This document shows positions 1-10,690 of a DNA stretch of 64,000 nucleotides, piece by piece. Position 1 is the first letter of the stretch. Each line of letters opens with the position of its first letter. The DNA comes from Octopus sinensis (taxonomy: Eukaryota), in the NCBI RefSeq assembly GCF_006345805.1, contig NC_042999.1, positions 149,544,001-149,608,000 of the forward strand. Reading direction: 5' to 3'. A program made the position numbers and the translations under genes. The notes beneath the pieces were generated by a model, which was not told the origin of the DNA, ran no database searches, and saw only the letters and a list, made by a program, of their open reading frames with translations.

Positions 1-23
1 TCACCACTACCTCCAAGCCTGTC

Positions 24-39
24 ATATATATATATATAC

Positions 40-70
<31 letters not shown>

Positions 71-119
71 TGTATGTATGTGTGTGTGTGTATGTATGTA
101 TGTGTATGTGTGTGTGTAA
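24..119. repeat. (TA)n/(TATG)n/(TG)n compound microsatellite
   Basis: Directly visible simple repeats. Confidence 0.95.
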
Positions 120-320
120 GTTTGTGTATGTGTTTGTCCCACCACAACCATTGCTTGAGAACCAATGTTGGTGCGTTTGCGTCCCTGTAATTTAGCTGTT
201 CAACAGAAGAGACTGATAGAATAAGTACCAGGCTTACAGGGAATAAGTTCAGGGGTCAATTTCTTCAACTAAAGGGTGATGCTTCAGCATGGCCACTGTC
301 AAATGAATGAAACAAAGGAA
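120..320 (+). mobile_element. SINE family A, 3' half
   Basis: Matches the body GCTTGACAACC..GGTGTGTTT..GATAGAATAAGTAC..GGGGTCGAT..CAGCATGGCC..GACTGAAACAA shared by many copies in the window. Confidence 0.85.
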
Positions 321-510
321 TAAAAGAATATCAGAAAAATGTTTCATACCACTAAACCAAGAAGGTTCTTTAAATATGTACGATATATTTTAAGGTTAAA
401 TAGTAATTCCGTTTACATTTGTGTAACTGAGATATTTTGGTTGGATTATATAGTCATTGGTGTTACATTACTTTCTATATTCTGTAACTGTCACAATATA
501 CTTTCTGGTC

Positions 511-648
511 CTGAAATTTTTGTGGGGAGGGTGCCAATTGATTAGATCGACTCCAGTACACAACTGGTACTTAATTTATCGACCCCAAAAGGATAAAAAG
601 TAAAGTCGACCTCGGCAGAATTTGAACTCAGAACGTAAAAACAGACGG
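511..648 (-). mobile_element. SINE family B, partial
   Basis: Reverse complement of CGTTCTGAGTTCAAATTC..GAGGTCGACTTT..CATCCTTT.GGGGTCGATAAATTAAGTACCAG; B-box-like GAGTTCAAATTC. Confidence 0.85.
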
Positions 649-779
649 TCATAATATGCAAGCATTTCTCATGGCACCTGTACACTGTTTACAGATGCTT
701 ACATTTTTTATGTTTTCCATGTATTTTTCATGGGTCCAGCTTGTATTATATTATTATAAGATTGTAAATAAAATCTGAA

Positions 780-2527
780 AATCAGACAAAGCTGGAATGA
801 TCAGTTCAAAAGTGTCTTTACCACCCTGTTGGAACACAGACAAGTGAACGAACCAGTGGACTTCTTTACCGCTTCCCCTATAAGCAGCGAGGCAATTACG
901 ATGGAATACATCAACATTAGTGAAGAAGATATGCTACTAGCCATAGATGAGGTGGACACAAACTCAACTGCTGGTCCTGATGGTTCCCCAGCAATCCTCC
1001 TCAAATTGTGTAATCGTCCCCTGGCAAAACCCCTCTAGATTCTCTTCCAGAGCTTTCTTGCAAGCTGAAGAAGGGAATAATATGCCCAATCCATAAAGGG
1101 GGAAACAGAGCAGATGCCAAAAACTATAGACCTATCTCTCTGATCACATCAGCAAAGTCATGGAACAGATTGTCAGAAGGAAACTAATTGCATTCCTTGA
1201 AGAAAATAACTTGCTGAGTGAAATCCAGGTAGGAGCTGCCTGACTCAGCTCTTACAACATTATGACTGGGTGTTGAGACAATTACTCAACAACTCAAATG
1301 TGGACATAATATACCTTGATTTTGCATAAGCTTTTGATCATGGTATGATATGCCACAAACTGCATGATCTCAGCATAGCTGGAAAACTTGGAGAGTGGTT
1401 ACATGACTTTCTGGAAGATAGAAGTCAGGCAGTAGTGGCCAATGGAGCCACCTCAATGAAAACACAAATAGTAAGTGGTGTTCCACAGGGCACTGTCTTG
1501 GGACCACTGCTTTTCATGGTGGCCCTCTCAGATATGCCTTCAACTGCCTGGATAGCCATCCCTGCTAGCTATGCAGATAATACGAGAGTCTTGCAGAAAA
1601 TACTGAACCCTAGCAATGTTGCACATCTGCAGCAGGAGTTGGACTCAATTTACACATGGGCTGAGGATGATAATATGCAGTTTAATGCTGAGAAATTCAG
1701 AGACCTGCACTACCAGCATTCAAAACTGAATATAAAACTTACAGGATACACTAGTCAAGAGGGAATTACAATCCCAGAGCCTAAATCAGTGAGGGACATG
1801 GGTATTGACATGAGTGATGATACCTCTTTCCAAGTGCACATCACCAGGATGGCAACAAAATGCAGACGAATGGCTAGATGGATCTTGAGAACATTCAGAA
1901 CCAGAGATAAGGAAACCATGATGGTCCTCTGGAGGACATTCATCCTCAGCTACCTGATCATCCAACAGAATAAAATTAACAGCGGACCTTGAAGCAATCC
2001 AGTGAAGATTCACAAAGAAGATCATCTCTTTGCAACTGCTCAGCTCCTGGGAAAGGTTGAAACAGCTAAGACTCTACTCCCTGGAGCGAAGGCGACAGAG
2101 ATATGCAGTAATATATATCTGGAAGATCCTGGAAGGAACTGTACAAACTTTTGGCATTGAAAGTTACACCAGTGCCAGAACGGGTCGACACTGCAGAGTG
2201 CCAAAGAATCCAGCAATGCCATCATGCTTCAGGACCACTTACTGCAACAGCCTGGGTTTCAGGGGCCCCCAGCTTTTTAATATTCTCCCAAAGAGCCTGA
2301 GGTATCTGCACAAAGTAGATGTAGGTGTTTTTAAATTAAGGCTGGACCTCTACCTGTCGAGTCTCCCAGATGAATCTACCTCATGGCAAGAGGTGCAAAT
2401 GAGGGTAGCTACATCAAACTCCACTCTTCACCAAGTGCCACATATTGGAGGAGGCTCTCAATAATAACAGTGTAGCAAAACGGCGGTGCATCAAGATGGC
2501 CGCAGCTCTGAGCTGAAACTACAGTAA

Positions 2528-2528
<1 letters not shown>
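780..2528 (+). mobile_element. CR1-group non-LTR retrotransposon, 5'-truncated and degenerate, with RT region and 3' end
   Basis: Translated fragments AGPDGSPAILLKLC, GVPQGTVLGPLLF, YADNT, VRDMGI, LYSLERRRQRY with stops and frameshifts; 3' stem-loop then (TA)n. Confidence 0.9.
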
Positions 2529-2560
<32 letters not shown>

Positions 2561-2588
2561 TACATATATAGTATGTATACATTCATAT

Positions 2589-2628
<40 letters not shown>

Positions 2629-2639
2629 CCACACACAAA

Positions 2640-2830
2640 TATCATCATCATCAGCATTTAATGTCCATTGTCCATTCTGGCATGGACTGGTTGGTATAAC
2701 CAGGGCTGGCAAACTGGAAGGCTGCACCAAACTCCAGTCTGATTTGTTATGGTTTCTAAGTCTAGATGTCCTTCCTAACACCAACCACTCCGAGAGTGTA
2801 ATAGGTGCCTTTACATTCCACCAGCACAGT
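2640..2830 (-). mobile_element. RTE-type LINE 3' UTR fragment with (GAT)n tail
   Basis: Homologous to the 3' UTR attached to the RTE ORF at 8040-8430 (GAGTGGTTGG..TTAGGAAGGGCATCCAG..CATGC..GGA..GGACGTTAAA(TGA)n). Confidence 0.8.
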
Positions 2831-2941
2831 GCCACTTGTGTGACACCGGTATCTACCACCACAGTGATTTTGCTTTGCTTGCTGGGTCTTCTTCTGAAAC
2901 ATAACATAATGCCAAAGGTCTCCTCCGTGAGGCCAGTGCCT

Positions 2942-2996
<55 letters not shown>

Positions 2997-2999
<3 letters not shown>

Positions 3000-3286
3000 G
3001 AGAACAATGCCTGTCATCGCCACAGATGGAGGAAGCAGGTTAAGGAGGGGATCGACACTTTTGAGAGAGCACGTATCCAGCATGAAGAACTTAAGCGAGC
3101 TGCACGAAAGCGCACGGCTCGTATAGTGAATGGGGAAAGCTTGGTCTGCAATGTTTGCAGTCGTGTATGCTTATCAAGAGCAGGGCTCATTAGCCACCAA
3201 CGGTGCCGCAAATGCAAAATATAAGTTAGTCCTGGAGCGCACAATGGTCTTCCTCGGTCACGAATGGACGGCCATCATCATCATCA
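2997..3286 (+). mobile_element. RTE-clade LINE 3' end with C-terminal zinc finger, second family, apparently young
   Basis: Stop-free frame 2997-3224 WENNACHRHRWRKQVKEGIDTFERARIQHEELKRAARKR..LVCNVCSRVCLSRAGLISHQR, typical of the RTE C-terminal C2H2-like motif; (CAT)n tail; inserted in (TA)n. Confidence 0.8.
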
Positions 3287-3290
3287 TATA

Positions 3291-3331
<41 letters not shown>

Positions 3332-3337
3332 TATATG

Positions 3338-3384
<47 letters not shown>

Positions 3385-3386
<2 letters not shown>

Positions 3387-3490
3387 GACAGGATTCTTTC
3401 AGTTTCTGCCGACCATATCTACTCACCAGGCTTTGGTCAGCCTGGGGCTATAGAAGATGACACTTGCCCAAGGTACCATGCAGTGGTACT
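3385..3490 (-). mobile_element. SINE family A fragment
   Basis: CTTTCAGTTTC..ACTCAC..GGCTTTGGTC..GCTATAGAAGA..CACTTGCCCAAGGT. Confidence 0.8.
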
Positions 3491-3572
3491 AGATGATTGG
3501 AAAACAAACTTCTCAACCACAGAATTATCCCTATACCTAACATGTGTGTGTGTATGTGTGTGTGTGCACATG

Positions 3573-3612
<40 letters not shown>

Positions 3613-3984
3613 TAGTTGAAATGATAGTTTCTACAGTGTTTTTTTTGCCTACCAATTTTTGCTGAGAGTCTATTGGTCCAAATATTGTTAACATGGATGA
3701 ATTACCTGCTTTACATTGTCAAATGAAAGAAGGAGTGACAGAAGACTTCTTACTGTTCTGCTTTTGTTATTGCTACGCTCATTTTTACAGTATACTAACA
3801 TTACCACCACTACTCCTGCCTTTGTTGTTATTATTGCTACATCACTGCAGCTGCTTTGTTGTTCTCTCTCTCTCTCTCTGTCACGTCAGCAATAACTCAG
3901 CCAATCAGGCATCCTATTTGCCCACAAACTCCCTCACAACACACACATACACACACATGCACATTTACATGTACAACAACAACA

Positions 3985-4023
<39 letters not shown>

Positions 4024-4278
4024 GTAGAAATATGTTATGAAAAGAAAATATAAAATACACGTGGAAATGTAAGGGTCAAATATGAAAAATCAATGAAAAT
4101 GCACATTGCAAATAAAAAAAAAAGGCTATATTATGACAGGTAAAGACAAATATATACGTTTAGATTGACTGAGGTAGTAATATGAGTCATAAAAGTCATT
4201 ATTATGAGATGATTATAAGATGATAATAAAGTAAGAGAACAAAACAGACCGTGGTTTATGCTAAGCTATTCATCGTTT

Positions 4279-4310
<32 letters not shown>

Positions 4311-4314
<4 letters not shown>

Positions 4315-4697
4315 TAGCGGTATCGCCTGGTGTTGCTTGAGTTTGTTTCGACCCTTTAGAATTTGAATTTTTGAAAAGTAAAAATTTTGCTTTATGTAGC
4401 TTGTTATTCTCTTTAAGTGAACATTTTTCTGGTTGAAATACACCGAAAAATGGCAACACAGCAGCCAAAAAAATCATAGAAAAAAAAGCACCTTTTTGAT
4501 GTAAATAATTTTTGGTCTTAACATCGTCTGATTTGAATTTTATCTTCTACAGAATGAAGAGCAAGCCTTCTTCTATCATACTCTCAATTTTGGTCAACTT
4601 CCGCCGCAGGGTCTTGGAGGAGATAGTGTTAGTTGAAGGCTACCAAACCTGCCATACACAGACAACTTCAGCTTTCTATATATATATATATATATAA
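4311..4697. mobile_element. Non-autonomous Helitron-like element
   Basis: End ATACTAGCGGTATCGCCTGGTGTTGCTTGAG shared with the 21670 copy (ACTAGCAGTATCGCCCGGCATTGCTCGGG hairpin); other end ACAGAC..CTTT.TATATATAAAG; no TIR or TSD. Superfamily assignment is inference. Confidence 0.55.
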
Positions 4698-4734
4698 AGG
4701 GTGGTGCAAAGGTTACACACCATCCTAATCACAA

Positions 4735-5045
4735 GAGATTGTGAGTGGATTTGGTAGACGGAAACTGAAAGAAGCCTGTCGTATATATGTATATATATAT
4801 ATATGTATGCGTATGTATGTGTTTGTGTGTCTGTGTTTGTCTCCCTAGCATTGCTTGACAACTGATGCTGGTGTGTTTATGTCCCCGTCACTTAGCGGTT
4901 CGGCAAAAGAGACCGATAGAATAAGTACTGGGCTTACAAAGACTAAGTCCCGGGGTCGATTTGCTCGACTAAAGGTGGTGCTCCAGCATGGCTGCAGTCA
5001 AATGACTGAAACAAGTAAAAGAGTAAAAGAGTAAAGAGTAAGAGT
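4735..5045 (+). mobile_element. SINE family A, 5'-truncated, with internal TA/TG microsatellite and (AGTAAAAG)n tail
   Basis: Multi-copy body; 3' stem-loop CAGTC-AAAT-GACTG followed by tandem tail. Confidence 0.9.
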
Positions 5046-5114
5046 ATACATCCATACATGCATTCTAAACATGTTCACACATACATGCATATGCAGTAGG
5101 CACATGTATCTGTA

Positions 5115-5152
<38 letters not shown>

Positions 5153-5241
5153 AGGTTAATAACATACCCACATTCATGCACTGAAACATCTTGTATACAC
5201 ACATACACACACCATACACACTCTCGCTGGCCTTGCTTCAG

Positions 5242-5406
5242 ACACCAAGGCACCATCAGCTTCCTGTGCAGCCTCACAGTTCAAGAAATTCTCCTTTCTA
5301 ACACATCTGGTGTCTCTGAAATGCTGATCTCACTTCTAACAACATCATGTGACCAATGGCAGCGATTCTGCAGTAGCCATCATGGATTTCCTGTATTTTC
5401 CATTTG
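5242..5406 (+). CDS. Candidate internal exon of an unidentified gene (165 nt, phase 2-2)
   Basis: Acceptor ccttgcttcAG, donor TTG/GTaatc, only one open frame (HQGTISFLCSLTVQEILLSNTSGVSEMLISLL..GFPVFSIW); single-copy segment; no homology recognised. Confidence 0.3.
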
Positions 5407-5502
5407 GTAATCTGAGCCTAAACAAGCCAGGTTTCCATTAGAAGCCTGTAAAACTTTGCATGAAGCTAAATCAAGCTGTTTTAAATAACAACAACAACAA
5501 TA

Positions 5503-5552
<50 letters not shown>

Positions 5553-5553
<1 letters not shown>

Positions 5554-5990
5554 GAGAGAGTGGCAAGGCATGGTATGAGCACAAACTGCAGAGAATTATA
5601 GTGTCAGAGACTAGTAAAATGCTCTGGGATATCAAATAGATCAGGTGCTAGAACATAACAGACTGGACCTAGTGGTGGTCAACAAAATGCACAACATGTG
5701 CTATATAGTTGATGTTGCATCAGAAAGTGCCAGTTATTGTTGGGTTCTTGGGAACAATATCAGAAGGCATATGAAGGAAATTGGAATAGGAGTGCCAAGT
5801 AGAACGGTTACAAAAGGTTTGCCTCTTTGGCACAGCCAGAATAATCAGAAAGTAATAGATAGTTGAAAAGAACAGATGACCTGGTGCCATAGGTAGCAGG
5901 CAGCAAGCCCACTACACTTGCAAGACTCCAGGAGTTCCAACAAAACCTGAGATAAAAAGAAATAATGATAATTATAATAATAATAATCCT
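5553..5990 (+). mobile_element. R4/Dong-clade LINE 3' fragment (restriction-like endonuclease region) between (TAA)n tracts
   Basis: LWDIK..LEHNRLDLVVVNK..CYIVDVA motif of the RLE domain; flanked by (TAA)n at about 5500-5552 and 5960-5990. Confidence 0.75.
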
Positions 5991-5994
5991 TTCT

Positions 5995-6200
5995 ATTACA
6001 GGCACAAAGCCTGAAATTTGGGGGAGGGGGATATTGATTACATCAACCTCAGATCACAACTGGTACTTTATTTATCAACTTCGAAAGGATGAAAAGCAAA
6101 GTCGAACTTGGTGGAATTTGAACTCAGAACATAGTACACTTTGATCTTAGCCAATGCTGCTAAGCATTTTGCCCGGTGTTCTAATGATTCTGCCAGCTTA
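5995..6200 (-). mobile_element. SINE family B
   Basis: Near full-length reverse copy whose (ATT)n tail merges with the R4 tail. Confidence 0.85.
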
Positions 6201-6224
6201 CAATAACAATAATAAGCTATATAT

Positions 6225-7022
6225 ATATACATCATATCAAAGGTGGTAGTGGCCTTATACAGCTAGAAACCTATTACAAAATAACCTCCATTGGGCTACA
6301 AAATATCCACTTCAAAAACAAGGAAAGCTAATACAAATAACCACAAAGCATAAACAAAACAAAATACTCTTTTCTGTCTTTAAGGAAGCTGACAAATACA
6401 AATAAGATGCCATAGTACCTAGCAACAATGAAGAAAAAGAAGAAACAACAAAAGCTCTAAAACAACTGAAATCCAAACTAAAACTGGAATAGCACCAGAT
6501 CATGATATAAAATCTCAAGAAAAGGCCCTTCATAGCAAATACTGGGTTAAACTAAACAGAAAAGAAATAAACAAAGCAAAATCTCAACAATGGTTGAGAA
6601 GATCAGGACTCAAAGCAGAGACTGAAGGATTTTTAATTGCTGCACAAGATCAAGGTCTCCCCACCAGAAATCACCAAAAATATGTAATGAAAAGAAATAC
6701 AAGGAACTTCAGAATATGTGGTGATGGAGAAGAAATAATAAATCATCTTATCTCTGGCTAAAAGCAGAAACAATTTCTATTATAGTAGATATGTTAGATA
6801 TAATAAAAAAAAAACATTTAGACAAATACATAACAAAAACATCAGGACTAATAAATATATAAAACATACAGAAAATAGCATTACTAGGAACTGCTCACAT
6901 CCTACGTAAAATGCTTTCAATACAGTGAAAATAAGAGCACCACAACAAACCACAGCACATACCCAAAGCACACAGAGCTGTGCTCGGTAGTGCAGTGAAA
7001 GCACGTGATAAAAATAAGACTA

Positions 7023-7073
<51 letters not shown>

Positions 7074-7075
7074 TT
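6225..7075 (+). mobile_element. R4/Dong-clade LINE 3' part, internally deleted, with (TAA)n tail
   Basis: GGSGLIQLETYYK, QWLRRSGLKAETEGFLIAAQDQ, RICGDGEEIINHLISG, ALLGTAHIL; 3' UTR GGTAGTG.AGTGAAAGCAC..ACTACTGAA(TAA)n shared with the 18462 copy. Confidence 0.85.
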
Positions 7076-7136
7076 TATTTTTATTTTATTTTATCTAGTT
7101 TCAGCTCACGAGCTGTGGCCATGCTGGGGCACTGCC
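7075..7136 (-). mobile_element. Isolated 3' terminus of the CR1-group LINE (or its partner SINE)
   Basis: Reverse complement GGCAGTGCCCCAGCATGGCCACAGCTCGTGAGCTGAAACTAGATAAAATAAAAT matches the LINE end at 2482-2528. Confidence 0.7.
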
Positions 7137-7141
7137 ATTAT

Positions 7142-7177
<36 letters not shown>

Positions 7178-7209
7178 TAGGTAATATTTTTAATAATATT
7201 TATATATTA

Positions 7210-7535
7210 TGGCACCTGTGTCGGTGGCACATAAAAAACACCATCCGAGCGTGGCCGTCTGCCAGCCTCGTCTGGCACCTGTGTCGGTGGCACATAAAAA
7301 ACACCATCCGAGCGTGGCCGTTTGTCAGCCTCGTCTGGCACCTGTGTCGGTGGCACATAAAATCACCCACTACACTCTCGGAGTGGTTGGCGTTAGGAAG
7401 GGCATCCAGCTGTAGAAACACTGCCAGATCTGACTGGACTGGTGCAGCTTTCGGGCTCCCCAGACCCCAGTTGAACCGTCCAACCCATGCTAGCATGGAA
7501 AGCGGACGTTAAATGATGATGATGATGATGATGAT
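7210..7535 (+). mobile_element. RTE 3' UTR fragment with a 63-bp unit repeated about 2.4 times
   Basis: GGCACCTGTG starts at 7211, 7274 and 7337; ends GGACGTTAAA(TGA)n. Confidence 0.85.
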
Positions 7536-7589
7536 GTATATATGGCAACAAGTACAGTGAAGAATTTCGGGTAGAGGTGATAGCTTCTG

Positions 7590-8430
7590 TTACCTAGGTG
7601 ACCAAGTCAGTAGCAGGGGTGGGTGCACAGAAAGTGTAGCTGCTAGAATAAGAATAGCCTGGGCAAAGTTCAGAGAGCTGTTACCTCTGCTGGTAACAAA
7701 GGGCCTCTCACTCAGAGTATGACACATGTGTACAAACAGCCATGCTACATGGCAGTGAAACATGGACCGTGAATGTTGAGGACATGCGTAAGCTTGCAAG
7801 GAATGAAGCCAGTATGCTCCGCTGGATGTGTAATGTCAGTGTGCATACTCAACAGAGTATAAGTACCTTGAGAGATAAGTTGGACCTAAGAAGCATCAGA
7901 TGTGGTGTGCAAGAGAGACGACTGCACTGGTATGGTCATGTGACGAGAATGGATGAGGATAGCTGTATGAAAAAGTGTCACACCCTGGCAGTTGAGGAAG
8001 AGGTAGACCTAGGAAGACCTGGGATGAGGTGGTGAAGCATGACCTTTGAACATTAGGCATGTAAAAAGCACCACTTGAGCATGATTGTTACCAGCATTGC
8101 CCTACTAGCACTTGTGCCGGTGGCACATGAAAAATATTCGAAAAATATTCATTGCCAGTGCCGCTGGACTGGCTCCTGCACAGAGGGCATGTAAAAAACA
8201 CCATTTGAGTGTGGCCATTACCAGTACTGCCTGACTGGCCCTCGTGCTGGTGGCACGTAAAAGCACCCACTACACTCTTGGAGTGGTTGGCATTAGGAAG
8301 GGCATCCAGCTTTAGAAACTCTGCCAGATCAGATTGGAGCCTGGTGCAGCCATCTGGTTCGCCAGTCCTCAATCAAATCGTCCAACCCATGCCAACATGG
8401 AAAGCAGACGTTAAACGATGATGATGATGA
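7590..8430 (+). mobile_element. RTE-clade LINE, 3' portion (RT C-terminal region, 3' UTR, (GAT)n tail)
   Basis: SFCYLGDQV..ARIRIAWAKFRELLPLL, MLHGSETW, ERRLHWYGHVTRMDED; internal deletions. Confidence 0.9.
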
Positions 8431-8773
8431 TATATTTGTAGAGGTAACACACATGTATGTAGATGTTTATGAAAAACAAGAATAAAAATGCTACTTTCTT
8501 AAAATTGACTGTGACCGCAAATTGCTACTATCTGTCTTTGTAAATTGAATAGTGAGGTCAAGACTTGTTTTCTTAGGAGTGGCTGTAGCTGTCGAATAAG
8601 TAGCAGCAGTAATAATAATAGTCATCATGGTGAAGATGTTCTGCCAGGGGTTTTAATAGAAATCGAGTTCTTTGACCCCTGGTCTTTATTTCTTATACAC
8701 ACACTCACCCGTATAAACATACACACGCTTATATAGTAAGAGAGAGAGAAAGAGATTTATAATTATAAAAATA

Positions 8774-8966
8774 CAGCTAAGGAAATAATTTTATTCTCAA
8801 ATGCACAATAATGCTAATAATATAGCATGAACAGGATAAACTATCCATATTCTGCAAAAACTCTGTTGGCAGCCAGATTTTTCTGCAAAATATAGATAGT
8901 TTACCCTGTTCATGCTATATTATTAGCATTATCCTGCGTTTGAGAATAAAATTATTTCCTTAGCTG
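8774..8966. mobile_element. Tc1/mariner-type MITE, about 190-bp fold-back
   Basis: About 85-bp inverted arms CAGCTAAGGAAATAATTTTATTCTCAAA.. / ..TTTGAGAATAAAATTATTTCCTTAGCTG; TA on both sides (8772-8773, 8967-8968). Confidence 0.85.
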
Positions 8967-9449
8967 TATCTTTCAATACATCTCATTGCTTCTAAAGCAA
9001 ACTTTGCTGGTTGACTTTCAATGTAAGTTGAATTAAAAGTTATAAAAATATTTTGCGGTTAAAATTATTGTAATTATATAATGAATTTATGAAGAAAATA
9101 TTTTAGTATATTACTGTGGGCATGTAAATAATTGCTTGAAGAATTTTTCAGAATATGTAATGTAATTGGTAGTGCTGCATTGGTTAGTGTGAACCTGAAT
9201 TTTTTTAGGGAGTATGGTGAGATTTCAATGGCATTTAGCTGCTGCTTTTAGTATGTCAAGCAACTACAAAGATGCTTCAGATGTATGTGTATATTGTGTA
9301 TGTATATGCACACACATACACACACACACTCATATACATGCACACACATACACACACACACTCACATACATGCACACACATACACACACAAACTCACATA
9401 CATGCACACACATACACACACACACGCACATACATGCACACACACACAC

Positions 9450-9600
9450 ATTATCATCATCATCCTTTAACATCCACTTTCCATGCTAGCATGGGTTGGA
9501 GGATTTGACTGAGGTCTGGAGAACCAGATGGCTGCACCAGACTTCAATCTGATCTGGCAGAGTTTCTACAGCTGGATGCCCTTCCTAATGCCAACTGCCC
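9450..9600 (-). mobile_element. RTE 3' UTR fragment
   Basis: Same family as 8230-8430. Confidence 0.8.
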
Positions 9601-9651
9601 TTCTTAATGCCAACCACCCTTCGTAACGCCAACTGCCCTTCCTAACACCAA

Positions 9652-9874
9652 CAGTAATCCCTTGCCATATTGTGGTTCACTTATCGTGGTTTATTATTTA
9701 AGCTTACATTGATTCTTCCATGGTGTTGTTTTGCATTTATAATAAAATAAATATATACAAATTATAAAAATAATAAGAAAAAATATACAGTACAGTACTA
9801 TTTCTACTTGGTGGATTTTCACCTATCACAGGGGGTTTTGGAATGTAACATGCACAATAGTCAAGGGATTACTC
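9652..9874. mobile_element. Tigger/pogo-like MITE, CpG-decayed
   Basis: Imperfect TIRs CAGTAATCCCTTGCCATATTGTG / CACAATAGTCAAGGGATTACTC, followed by TA. Confidence 0.65.
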
Positions 9875-10414
9875 TATATATGTGTATATATGCATACATA
9901 CATACATGCATACATACATACATGCTTACATACATACAAGCATACATACATATAAATATGTAAGTATGCACATGCATACACACACACACACACACATCAA
10001 AATTTTTACCACAATGCTTATAGCCCACTGCATGGTATCAATTCCACCACACAATGGTTGTCAAGAACTATTTTACATTCAGTGTTGAATATCTGAGAAC
10101 AACAAATCTCAGTACATTTACACTGAACAATTTACCTAAACTTTCATACATATATTTCCTCAAATAACTTGCTTTTATAGGTAATGGAATTTAACTTTAC
10201 TCAGAGCAATCATTAATCAGTTTAGCTTGTCACTAGTTAAGTCACATTTTGGTGTCTGTTTACTATCAAATAAAGCATCTGCACACAATTTTCCCTTTAA
10301 TTTTTAATAGCCAGTGGGCATGAAAGTCTCATCTCATGTAAATTTTTTTCCCACTGAGAAAATTATTTGTGATTTGAATGAATGATAAATAGAGTGTATA
10401 CACATATATCTGAA

Positions 10415-10576
10415 GCATAGGAGTGGCTGTGTGGTAAGTAGCTTGCTTACCAACCACATGGTTCCGGGTTCAGTCCCACTGCATGGTACCTTAGGCAAGT
10501 GTCTTCTACTATAGCCTCAGGCCAACCAAAGCTTTGTGAGTGGATTTGGTAGACGGAAACTGAAAGAAGCCCATCG

Positions 10577-10600
<24 letters not shown>
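10415..10600 (+). mobile_element. SINE family A, tRNA-like head and 5' body
   Basis: A-box TGGCTGTGTGG and B-box GGTTCAGTCC. Confidence 0.9.
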
Positions 10601-10607
<7 letters not shown>

Positions 10608-10609
10608 GA

Positions 10610-10690
10610 TTGATCTTTAGCCACTACACACATTTTTTTCTCTTCTTGTTTCTCTCCTTGTTTTTTCTATGTCCCTTTCTGCAGAAATGG
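10610..10690 (+). repeat. Truncated copy of the TA-flanked hammerhead-like repeat
   Basis: GATC.TTAGC.ACTACACACATTTTTTTTCTCT..CCTTTCTG.AGAA matches 57430-57495. Confidence 0.6.

Noticed and set aside
1345-1992. Intact or domesticated reverse transcriptase gene
   Set aside because: Catalytic motif is altered (YADN), flanking frames are broken by stops and frameshifts, and paralogous decayed copies occur at 47160, 54680 and 59031
7209-7415. ORF with a 21-aa repeat (MAPVSVAHKKHHPSVAVCQPR) or a CRISPR-like array
   Set aside because: It is the 63-bp tandem unit of an RTE 3' UTR; units are contiguous with no unique spacers and there are no cas genes
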